Shown one piece after another: positions 35,855 to 42,850 of a stretch of DNA of 53,696 nt; positions within the stretch are counted from its first letter, which is position 1, and each line of letters opens with the position of its first letter. The position numbers were made by a program, and so were the translations under genes. The notes below the pieces were generated by a model. The model was not told where the DNA came from. It did no database searches and saw only the letters and a program-made list of their open reading frames with translations. Origin of the DNA: Terriglobales bacterium (GTDB lineage: Bacteria; Acidobacteriota; Terriglobia; Terriglobales; Acidobacteriaceae); NCBI GenBank assembly GCA_025927695.1, contig JAICLA010000001.1, positions 1 to 53,696 on the forward strand. The letters run 5' to 3'.

Positions 35855-37888
35855 GTGAACAACCCACTTCTTACCCGCGAAATCACTAAGCGTCCTGACC
35901 ATGTGAAGTTTCAGGGTCGCATCCTTTTTCTCACCGAAGACCCCGAGCTGATCCGCCGGCAACTGAACGGTGAAGACTTCCCTTGGGACACGAAGAATCC
36001 GGCGAACAATCCTAAGCTGCGTGATGACATTTCCACGGACGAGATCACGCCAGCGCACTATTGTTTTTACTTCGACGAGACGCTGGGCGAGATCCCATAT
36101 CTCGGTCTGAAGTGCGGCAATGAAGTGCCGATCGGGCGCGGTGCGGTGAAGAAGGGTGGATTCATCGCCGCTGTGAGCGGAAAGCGGCGCGGCAAGGGAA
36201 GTAGCCGCGAGCAGAGTCCGTATGCCGAGTTGTGCGCTGGTATCAAGCTGGTGATCGCGGAAAACATTGAGCGTATTTACAAGCAAAATTGCCAGAATCT
36301 GGGGCTGCTGACGTCGACCGATTTCAGCATGATCGACAAAGTGCGCAACGGCGAAGACATCAAGCTGTCTGAATTCACCAAAGGCGAAGACGAGATCACG
36401 CGGCAGGTGATCGAGTACGGCGGATTGTTCCCGTTCAACGTGGCGCGAATGCAAGGCAAGGTGAAGCTGCCGCCGATCGAGACGAAAAAGCGGCCGATGA
36501 CTGTGGCAGAGAAGATCTTTGCCAAGCACATGATCGATTCCAACGGCAAAGTGGGCGTGGAAGCGGTGAAGCCGGGCGACACGGGATTTGTGCGGACCGA
36601 TCTGCGCTTTAGTCACGAGTATGTGACGCCGATGTCGGCGATATTTTATGAGCAGCTTGTGGGCAAAGACACGCCGGTGAATGATGCGCAGACCATCATG
36701 TTCTTCCGCGACCATCTGACGTTTCTGGATGAGGTGATGTCCGAAGAGAAGAAAAAGATGGGATTGCTGGATCTCGCGGGGCAGTTGAAGCTCAAGCAAG
36801 AGGCGTTCGCGAAGTCGCAAGGCATCAAGTTGCATGGCGAGTTGAAAGACCGCAAAGGCTCGGAAGGGATCTGCCACTCGATCGTGGCGGAGAGCTATGC
36901 ATTGCCGGGTCAGGTGAATGTCGGTTCGGATTCGCATACGCCGCACGTCGGTGCAGTGGGCTGCGTGGCATTCGGCATCGGCACGACTGATGTTTTCAAT
37001 TCTTGGATCACGAAGGATGTGCGCGTGAAAGTGCCGGAGTCCGTGAAGATCGTGATCAAAGGCAAACGCAAGCCGAATGTGACCGCTAAGGATTTCATCC
37101 TGGCCATATTGGCGCTGGATTATGTGCGCAGTGGGCAGGCTCTGGCAAAAGTCATGGAGTATGCCGGCGAGGCCGTCGAGGACTTGGGCGTGGACGAGCG
37201 CGCGACCATGACCAACATGGCGGCGGAGATCGGCGGGTTCACAGGAATCGTGGCGCCCGACAAGAAAGTGGTTGAGTTCCTTGCGGAGCGCCGTGGAATG
37301 GAGCGCGCGAAGGCTGAGGCGCTGCTCGATGATTTGAAGAGCGATGCCGATGCGCAGTACGCGAAGGTGATCGAGCTTGATGCGGCGGACATCACGCCGA
37401 TGGTGGCGACTCCGGGCGATCCGGGCAACGGAAAATACATTCGCGATCTGAATACGCCGGTTCCGGTGGAGATCGCTTACGGTGGAACTTGCACTGCGGG
37501 AAAGAACGAAGACATGGATATGTACGCGCTTGTGCTGAAAAATGCGCTTGCCCAGGGCAAGAAGATCTCGCCATCGACGCAGTTCTATATCCAGTTCGGA
37601 TCGCAATCGACGCGTGAGTACTGCTTGAAGAAAGGCTATATCGACATCTTCAAGAAGGCCGGCGCAACGATCATCGAGCCGAGCTGCGGTGCGTGCATCA
37701 ATGCGGGCCCGGGAGTTTCGACCCGTCCGGACCAAGTGGTCATCAGCGCGCAGAACCGCAACTTCCCTGGACGCAGCGGTCCGGGGCTGATGTATCTGGC
37801 GAGTCCGCTTACGGTCGCGGCATCAGCAGTAGCTGGACACATCGTGGAGTATGAGGCGCAAGCGGAGCGCGAGCTGGTCGGCGCGTAA
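35855..37888 (+). CDS. aconitase-family hydro-lyase with N-terminal LeuD-like swivel domain fused to a LeuC-like catalytic domain
   Basis: 677 aa with a GTG start. The N-terminal 200 aa or so contain RRGKGSSREQSPYAE and IERIYKQNCQNLGLL (small-subunit type). The rest contains GSDSHTPH, GGTCTAGKNED and PSCGACINAGPG (Fe-S ligand regions of the large subunit). Confidence 0.75.
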   Translation: MNNPLLTREITKRPDHVKFQGRILFLTEDPELIRRQLNGEDFPWDTKNPANNPKLRDDISTDEITPAHYCFYFDETLGEIPYLGLKCGNEVPIGRGAVKKGGFIAAVSGKRRGKGSSREQSPYAELCAGIKLVIAENIERIYKQNCQNLGLLTSTDFSMIDKVRNGEDIKLSEFTKGEDEITRQVIEYGGLFPFNVARMQGKVKLPPIETKKRPMTVAEKIFAKHMIDSNGKVGVEAVKPGDTGFVRTDLRFSHEYVTPMSAIFYEQLVGKDTPVNDAQTIMFFRDHLTFLDEVMSEEKKKMGLLDLAGQLKLKQEAFAKSQGIKLHGELKDRKGSEGICHSIVAESYALPGQVNVGSDSHTPHVGAVGCVAFGIGTTDVFNSWITKDVRVKVPESVKIVIKGKRKPNVTAKDFILAILALDYVRSGQALAKVMEYAGEAVEDLGVDERATMTNMAAEIGGFTGIVAPDKKVVEFLAERRGMERAKAEALLDDLKSDADAQYAKVIELDAADITPMVATPGDPGNGKYIRDLNTPVPVEIAYGGTCTAGKNEDMDMYALVLKNALAQGKKISPSTQFYIQFGSQSTREYCLKKGYIDIFKKAGATIIEPSCGACINAGPGVSTRPDQVVISAQNRNFPGRSGPGLMYLASPLTVAASAVAGHIVEYEAQAERELVGA

Positions 37889-37902
37889 GCGTTACGCGCC
37901 GA
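37878..37902. other. perfect 11-bp inverted repeat containing both stop codons of two convergent genes
   Basis: TCGGCGCGTAA gcg TTACGCGCCGA. The + gene ends GGC GCG TAA (37886-37888). The - gene ends GGC GCG TAA on the other strand (37892-37894). No U tract follows on either side. Confidence 0.9.
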
Positions 37903-38344
37903 ATTGACGCAGGTGATGGTCGAGGTGCTTGTACATCAGCGTCGCCCATTCTTCCGGTGTCATTGCACCGAAGAACGTGTGTGGATGCTTGGTGCAGCCT
38001 TGCGGTCCGGCGGTTGCGAATTTGTCGATCAGCGCGCATAGGCGTTGTTGTTCTGCTGCGAGATCGCGATCATCGTTGATGACAAGATCTTTTGCGGTGG
38101 GTGTGTTTCTCTTCAGCGGTTCGACGGTATGCATCACCTTGGATTTGACTAGCGGCGCGAGCAGGCGTCCGATGAACATGCGAGGCAAGAGTCTGTCGCC
38201 GGTCGCCATCTCCATCGCGTTAGAGCAGTGCGCTAATGCCTGAGAGGGCGTCATCGTTCCCCACTGTCGTTGGCTAGCTGGCGTGAGTTGCAAGATTCGT
38301 GTTTTTACTTGGTCAACGCTGGCAGATTCAAAGAGGTTATTCAT
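37892..38344 (-). CDS. DUF1569 (DinB-superfamily) protein
   Basis: 150 aa containing ...QRQWGTMTPSQALAHC... and ending in YKHLDHHLRQFGA, which is typical of DUF1569. Confidence 0.6.
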   Translation of the reverse strand: MNNLFESASVDQVKTRILQLTPASQRQWGTMTPSQALAHCSNAMEMATGDRLLPRMFIGRLLAPLVKSKVMHTVEPLKRNTPTAKDLVINDDRDLAAEQQRLCALIDKFATAGPQGCTKHPHTFFGAMTPEEWATLMYKHLDHHLRQFGA

Positions 38345-38413
38345 AACCCGGCTCCCACGATTTCGTGAATGGTTTCAGTGGATTCTAATCCGGACTAAAG
38401 GGTGCAGGAATAG

Positions 38414-38442
38414 TTGCGGAATCGAGCGTGCGTCTTTAATAT
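38414..38442 (+). promoter_or_regulatory. candidate sigma70-type promoter for the ferredoxin gene
   Basis: TTGCGG (38414-38419), 17-nt spacer, TAATAT (38437-38442). RBS GGAGAGAG lies before ATG 38490. Confidence 0.35.
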
Positions 38443-38489
38443 GGAGTGTTGACCTGCACTCATTATTGATTCTTGTGGAGAGAGCGTAA

Positions 38490-38750
38490 ATGGCATATGT
38501 GATCGCGGAACCGTGTATTGGAACGAAGGACCACGCGTGTGTGGATGCGTGTCCGGTGGATTGCATCCATCCGAAGAAGGATTCTGACAAGTTCGAAGGC
38601 GCGGACCAGCTGTTCATCGATCCGGTGGAATGCATCGATTGCGGCGCGTGTGTGCCGGTTTGCCCCGTGTCAGCGATCTATGCGGCAGATGACTTGCCCG
38701 AGAAGTGGAAGAGCTACGAGGAGAAGAACGCCAAGCATTTCGGGCGGTAG
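38490..38750 (+). CDS. 7Fe-type ferredoxin ([3Fe-4S][4Fe-4S], FdxA-like)
   Basis: 86 aa. It contains AYVIAEPCIGTKDHACVDACPVDCI and CIDCGACVPVCPVSAI cysteine clusters. Confidence 0.85.
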   Translation: MAYVIAEPCIGTKDHACVDACPVDCIHPKKDSDKFEGADQLFIDPVECIDCGACVPVCPVSAIYAADDLPEKWKSYEEKNAKHFGR

Positions 38751-38767
38751 AGATCTCGGTTTGTCGG

Positions 38768-38799
38768 CGGCGCCATTCGTGGCGCCGTTTTTGTTTTGC
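38768..38799 (+). terminator. intrinsic terminator after the ferredoxin gene
   Basis: CGGCGCC (38768-38774), loop ATTCGT, GGCGCCG (38781-38787), then TTTTTGTTTTG. Confidence 0.8.
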
Positions 38800-38817
38800 T
38801 GCAGAGCCAAAACCCAC

Positions 38818-38841
38818 CACAAAGACTCAAAGACACAAAGA
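38818..38841 (+). repeat. 8-bp tandem repeat x3 (CACAAAGA CTCAAAGA CACAAAGA)
   Basis: Direct reading of the sequence. Confidence 0.85.
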
Positions 38842-39132
38842 AGACCTTTAGGCTGGTTCTCGGCGATGCAGGATCCGTCGTAGGACCGCCCTCTAGCTAA
38901 AACTGTGGGCTTATTTTTTCCACAGCCAACTGTTGATTACTTTTCGTTTGTGGAAAGCGGAAAATCGCAGAAATCCTGCGGTGAAGACCTGATGTTACGA
39001 ACGTCTTAGGCCAACTCAGTGCCGAATTTGTGCCGTTTGCATAAACACCACTATGCCTTGTGGTGGTGCTCGATAGCGTCCGCATTACATTGCGCAAAGG
39101 CCCAAAGGTACATGTCCAAAACCGCGGTCAAA

Positions 39133-39165
39133 ACCGGAAGATAACCGGAAGATAGCGGGAAAGTT
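39133..39165 (+). promoter_or_regulatory. three 11-bp phased direct repeats (ACCGGAAGATA x2 plus degenerate GCGGGAAAGTT) abutting a -35 box
   Basis: accggaagata at 39133-39143, accggaagata at 39144-39154 and gcgggaaagtt at 39155-39165. The -35 TTGACA starts at 39168. Confidence 0.5.
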
Positions 39166-39167
39166 TC

Positions 39168-39197
39168 TTGACACTGCCAGTCGTTACTAGCTATAAA
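39168..39197 (+). promoter_or_regulatory. candidate sigma70-type promoter upstream of the HTH-pilMNOPQ cluster
   Basis: TTGACA (39168-39173), 18-nt spacer, TATAAA (39192-39197). This would give a leader of about 110 nt before ATG 39314. Confidence 0.45.
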
Positions 39198-39313
39198 CCG
39201 CACGTCAGGCATTTCTTCCCCGAGTGAAAAGCAAGAGGATTTGTGTCCTCAGGATCGAATTTCTAAGGTCCCGATGAACGTACGGGTGTCCTTAATTGTG
39301 GAAAGGGCTATGT

Positions 39314-39562
39314 ATGGCCGATTCGCGTGAAGTGATGAATATCCGGCAAGCGTCGCAATACCTGGGCGTGAGTACGGACACGCTGTACAAGTACGTCTAC
39401 GAAGAAAAGATCCCAGCTTTCAAACTCGGGAACCGGTGGAAGTTCAAGAAGACCATCCTTGACTCCTGGATGGAGCGCAAGAGCATGGGCGGCGAAGACA
39501 AGGGCAAGAAGCGGCCGAAGGCGGCACGGGCCGCGGCGGCCGCGCAACGGCAGAGTCTCTAG
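39314..39562 (+). CDS. excisionase-type (MerR-superfamily, HTH_17-like) DNA-binding protein with a basic tail
   Basis: MADSREVMNIRQASQYLGVSTDTLYKYVYEEKIPAFKLGNRWKFKKTILDSWME matches the helix-turn-helix excisionase-family pattern. The C-terminal tail is KGKKRPKAARAAAAAQRQ. TTG 39296 is an alternative start. Confidence 0.7.
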   Translation: MADSREVMNIRQASQYLGVSTDTLYKYVYEEKIPAFKLGNRWKFKKTILDSWMERKSMGGEDKGKKRPKAARAAAAAQRQSL

Positions 39563-39603
39563 GTTTTAGCAGTTAGGAATTTGAACGGCAAAAGGCGGGA
39601 AGC

Positions 39604-40665
39604 ATGTTCGGATTAGGCGGAGCAAAATCAATCGTCGGGTTAGACATCGGTTCCAGCAGCATCAAGGCTGTGGAACTGAAGAAATCCAAGGGCGAGATCG
39701 CAGTGGCGGCCCTGGGCGTAGAACCGCTTGGGTCAGACATCGTGGTCGACTCCATGATCGTGGACTCGGGAAGCGTGTCGAGCGCGATCGCAAAGCTGTT
39801 CACTGAGCAGAAGATCAAGGCGAAAGCCGTGGCGACCTCTGTCAGCGGACACTCGGTGATCGTGAAGAAGATCCCCATGCAGACCATGACGGATTCCGAG
39901 TTGGCTGACAGCATCAACACGGAAGCGGCGCAACATATCCCGTTCGATATTGCTGATGTGAACATCGACTTCCAGATCCTTTCTGAGCCGACTGGCGATC
40001 CGCAGATGGACGTGCTGCTGGTGGCGGTGAAGAAAGACAAGATCCTGAACTATACGAACGTGTTGTCACTGGCGGGAAAATCGCCGGCCATTGTGGACAT
40101 TGACGCGTTCGCGCTGCAGAACTGCTACGAGTACAACTACGAGCCCGCGCCGGGAACGACGGTCGCACTGCTGAACCTGGGCGCCAGCGTGATGAACATC
40201 AACATCGTTAAAGGCACAACGCCGCTGTTCACCCGCGACGTGAGTGTCGGCGGCAACCAGTACACGGACTCGCTGCAGAAAGAATTGGACCTCGGATTTG
40301 ACGACGCGGAAGCCTTGAAGCTTGGCCAGCGCGTAGGCACGGTGAGCGAGGATGCGAAGTTACCGATCCTGCAGCAGGTGACTGAGATCATCGTGCTAGA
40401 GATCCAGAAGACTTTTGACTTCTTCCGCGCTACGGCTGCGGGCGAACACATCGAGCGCATTTACCTGGCGGGCGGTTCTTCGAAGGTGCCGGGCCTGGTG
40501 GAAGCGCTACGGCAGGAATTCTCATTGCCGGTGGAAGTGTTGAACCCGTTCCAGCGTATATCGGCTGCGGATGTAGCCGTGCCGGAACCGGATTTTGTTG
40601 AACAGCACGCGGGACAACTCGCGGTGGCAGTGGGATTGGCCCTTAGGAGTTTTGAAGACCTATGA
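39604..40665 (+). CDS. pilM: type IV pilus assembly protein PilM (actin-like ATPase fold)
   Basis: 353 aa with GLDIGSSSIKAVEL at the N-terminus. It sits in the conserved pilMNOPQ order. Confidence 0.9.
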   Translation: MFGLGGAKSIVGLDIGSSSIKAVELKKSKGEIAVAALGVEPLGSDIVVDSMIVDSGSVSSAIAKLFTEQKIKAKAVATSVSGHSVIVKKIPMQTMTDSELADSINTEAAQHIPFDIADVNIDFQILSEPTGDPQMDVLLVAVKKDKILNYTNVLSLAGKSPAIVDIDAFALQNCYEYNYEPAPGTTVALLNLGASVMNINIVKGTTPLFTRDVSVGGNQYTDSLQKELDLGFDDAEALKLGQRVGTVSEDAKLPILQQVTEIIVLEIQKTFDFFRATAAGEHIERIYLAGGSSKVPGLVEALRQEFSLPVEVLNPFQRISAADVAVPEPDFVEQHAGQLAVAVGLALRSFEDL

Positions 40666-41261
40666 TTCGCATAAACCTATTAGGACTGCCGAGGCAGAAG
40701 AAGGGCAAGCGCGGTGCGGTGGCAGCAGTGGCCGAACCGGGCATGCCGGGTGAAGGACCAAGCGCACTGATGTTCATTGTTGCAGGATTGATCATCGGCG
40801 CGGGCGTGCTTTTTTATCTTTACCACGATGCGAACAGCAAAGCTGAACAGCTCGCGAAAGAGACTGAGATCGCCAATCGTGATGGCGCACGTTTGACCAC
40901 GGTAAAGGCCAAGTACGAGCAAGAGAAGACCGAGGCGGACGCCTTTGGCAAGCGCGTGAAGGTGATCGACCAACTGCGAGCTGACCAGTCAGGGCCTGTG
41001 AAGTTGCTGAGCACGATCGGCGAGAGCGTAAACAATACCGATGCGGTTTGGCTCAGCCAGATGACGGACAAGGGCACCTCCCTGGACATCGACGGCACTG
41101 CGCTTTCTACGATCGCAGTCGCAAATCTGATCACTACTTTGAAGCATACGGATTACTTCAAGACGGTAGAGATCAAGTCTGCGGCGCAAGATCCGCAGAG
41201 CAAAGAGATGACGGCATTCCAGTTCACGCTGGTGTGTGAGAAGAAACCGGTCAAGTCGTAA
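40662..41261 (+). CDS. pilN: type IV pilus assembly protein PilN
   Basis: 199 aa. It starts MIRINLL, has a single TM helix and then a periplasmic coiled coil plus ferredoxin-like domain. The ATGA start overlaps pilM. Confidence 0.85.
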   Translation: MIRINLLGLPRQKKGKRGAVAAVAEPGMPGEGPSALMFIVAGLIIGAGVLFYLYHDANSKAEQLAKETEIANRDGARLTTVKAKYEQEKTEADAFGKRVKVIDQLRADQSGPVKLLSTIGESVNNTDAVWLSQMTDKGTSLDIDGTALSTIAVANLITTLKHTDYFKTVEIKSAAQDPQSKEMTAFQFTLVCEKKPVKS

Positions 41262-41297
41262 CGCGAAAAGCTTGGGAAGATCCTAAGGACGGAACTT

Positions 41298-41927
41298 ATG
41301 CTGGAAAAACTGAATGAACTGGCGACAGGAGCAAAAGCGGGCGTGATGCTCGCCATAGCCGCAGTGATCATCGCTGCAGGTTATTACGGACCGATGCCCG
41401 GCGTCTCCGCCATGGCGGACAAGAACAAGGCCGATCAGGATGCGCTCACAGCGAAGAAGGCTGAGAACCAGAAGCTGGAGCAATTCGTGGGCAAGCTGAA
41501 CGAGATGGACGCCCAGATCGCGTCGCTGAAGGCACAGATGGAACGCCAGAAAGAGATTGTTCCGGACGAGAAGCAGGCTGATAAGTTCATCACGCTTTTA
41601 CAGGATACAGCCGCCGGTTCAGGGATCAACCTGCGCAAGATCAGCGCTGATCCGGCTGTGAAGAAGGAATATTACAGCGAAGTCCCATACAAGATCGAGA
41701 TCGACGGGCCTTACTACGGTGTGCTGACCTTCTTTGACAAGCTGGCGACCCAGACCAGGATCGTGAATGTCGACAACCTGGCCATGAAGTCCTTGAGCAA
41801 GAACAGCGGTGGGCAGTACAACTACGGGCCGACTGACAGCGTTGCAGTGACTGCGAACGCAAAGACTTTCTTCAGCAATGAAGCCAATGCCAATGCACCA
41901 GCACCGGCGGCGCCGGCGAAAAAGTAG
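41298..41927 (+). CDS. pilO: type IV pilus assembly protein PilO
   Basis: 209 aa with a TM helix, a coiled coil (LTAKKAENQKLEQFVGKLNEMDAQIASLKAQMERQKE) and a C-terminal core domain. Its position is after pilN. Confidence 0.8.
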   Translation: MLEKLNELATGAKAGVMLAIAAVIIAAGYYGPMPGVSAMADKNKADQDALTAKKAENQKLEQFVGKLNEMDAQIASLKAQMERQKEIVPDEKQADKFITLLQDTAAGSGINLRKISADPAVKKEYYSEVPYKIEIDGPYYGVLTFFDKLATQTRIVNVDNLAMKSLSKNSGGQYNYGPTDSVAVTANAKTFFSNEANANAPAPAAPAKK

Positions 41928-41936
41928 GGGGAAGAG

Positions 41937-42587
41937 ATGCTTAATAGGAACCTATTGACGATCGCGTTGCTGGCAGGTGTCGCGTGTGCGCAAACGGCGC
42001 CGGCTAAGGCGACCACGACTGCACAGAAGAAAACAAGCGCGCCTACGACCCCGGCATCACAAACGGTGAAGAGCACGTCTGCACCTGCGAAGACGGCGGC
42101 AAAGCCAGTGGCCGCGCCGAAGAAGGAAACTCCGAAGGCGCCCACGACCACGGCTAAGAAGACGGCTCCGGCGAAAATGCAGAGCCCGGCCAAGGTGAAG
42201 GCGGACATACAGGCAAAAGCAGCGAAACCGTCTGCAGAAAAGCCTGAACCGGTTAAGACAGCCGGTCGCCGCGACCCGTTCGTGAGCCCCCTGCGATTGC
42301 AGGAAGACAAGATCAAGAACAACTCATTGTGCACGACCGGCGCCAAGTGTCTGGTCGCGGAGCAAGTGGTGCTTAAAGGCATCGTGAAGACGCCGCAGGG
42401 CATGATCGCGATGGTGGAGAACGGTTCGCAGAAGCAATACAACCTGCGAGAAAAAGATCCGGTGTACAACGGGCAAGTAGTGAAAATCACGGGAGACTCG
42501 GTGATCTTCCGCGAAACGATCACGGATAACCTGGGTCATCAAACGACCCGGGAGGTAGTCAAGAAAGTAACGGCACCGGTGCTTTAA
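41937..42587 (+). CDS. pilP: PilP-like pilus assembly protein with long K/A/P/T-rich linker
   Basis: 216 aa with signal peptide MLNRNLLTIALLAGVACAQ and a low-complexity region of about 90 aa. GRRDPFVSPL follows, then a beta-rich C-terminal domain. Its position is before the secretin gene. Confidence 0.7.
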   Translation: MLNRNLLTIALLAGVACAQTAPAKATTTAQKKTSAPTTPASQTVKSTSAPAKTAAKPVAAPKKETPKAPTTTAKKTAPAKMQSPAKVKADIQAKAAKPSAEKPEPVKTAGRRDPFVSPLRLQEDKIKNNSLCTTGAKCLVAEQVVLKGIVKTPQGMIAMVENGSQKQYNLREKDPVYNGQVVKITGDSVIFRETITDNLGHQTTREVVKKVTAPVL

Positions 42588-42604
42588 ACGCTATCAAAGT
42601 TTCA

Positions 42605-42646
42605 GGAAGTCGGTTTATGTTCTAGGTAAGCGACTTCCGTTTGTAT
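42605..42646 (+). other. hairpin plus U-rich tract just after pilP (possible attenuator or partial terminator)
   Basis: GGAAGTCG (42605-42612) / CGACTTCC (42631-42638) with an 18-nt loop, followed by GTTTGTATG. Confidence 0.35.
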
Positions 42647-42850
42647 GCAGTCTCTGTTGTTGGGCCGAACAAAAACTACTAACGGAATCAGTGTCACGCA
42701 ACATCTTGTCCGGAACCGCCCCAGCGGAACCGGAAAGAACAGGGTGCAAGTGATCTGAATCTTGAGCGGCAGGGTTAAGGTACATCGCAGCAGCGATGTG
42801 GCCCTGAGCCGCACACGTACTGGGTGAGACCAGACGTGGGGAGAGACGAC

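Noticed and set aside
35849-37735. 628-aa ORF on the minus strand, the longest unexplained ORF in the track.
   Set aside because: It lies entirely antisense to the aconitase-family gene, which has clear family motifs. Its translation is R/H/L-rich low-complexity sequence typical of shadow ORFs in GC-rich coding DNA, and it has no recognisable motifs.
38897-39097. 66-aa minus-strand ORF in the long spacer upstream of the pil cluster.
   Set aside because: It has no RBS, odd composition and no motif. I treat the region as non-coding, although a small protein cannot be excluded.
39075-39130. Possible c-di-GMP (GEMM-like) riboswitch because of GCGCAAAGGCCCAAAGG...CCAAAACCGCGG upstream of pilus genes.
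   Set aside because: There is only a vague resemblance to the ACGCAAAGCC-type motif. I could not build the two-hairpin architecture, and the segment lies upstream of the best promoter candidate. It needs an Infernal scan before any claim.
39314-39562. Excisionase-family HTH gene as a marker of an integrated mobile element.
   Set aside because: No integrase, recombinase, att-like direct repeats, tRNA target or phage or plasmid genes occur anywhere in the window. The flanks are housekeeping and pilus genes.
42646-42759. 37-codon plus-strand ORF (MQSLLLGRTKTTNGISVTQHLVRNRPSGTGKNRVQVI) in the pilP-pilQ gap.
   Set aside because: There is no Shine-Dalgarno sequence, the ORF is short, and the sequence is unremarkable. 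It is more likely chance.
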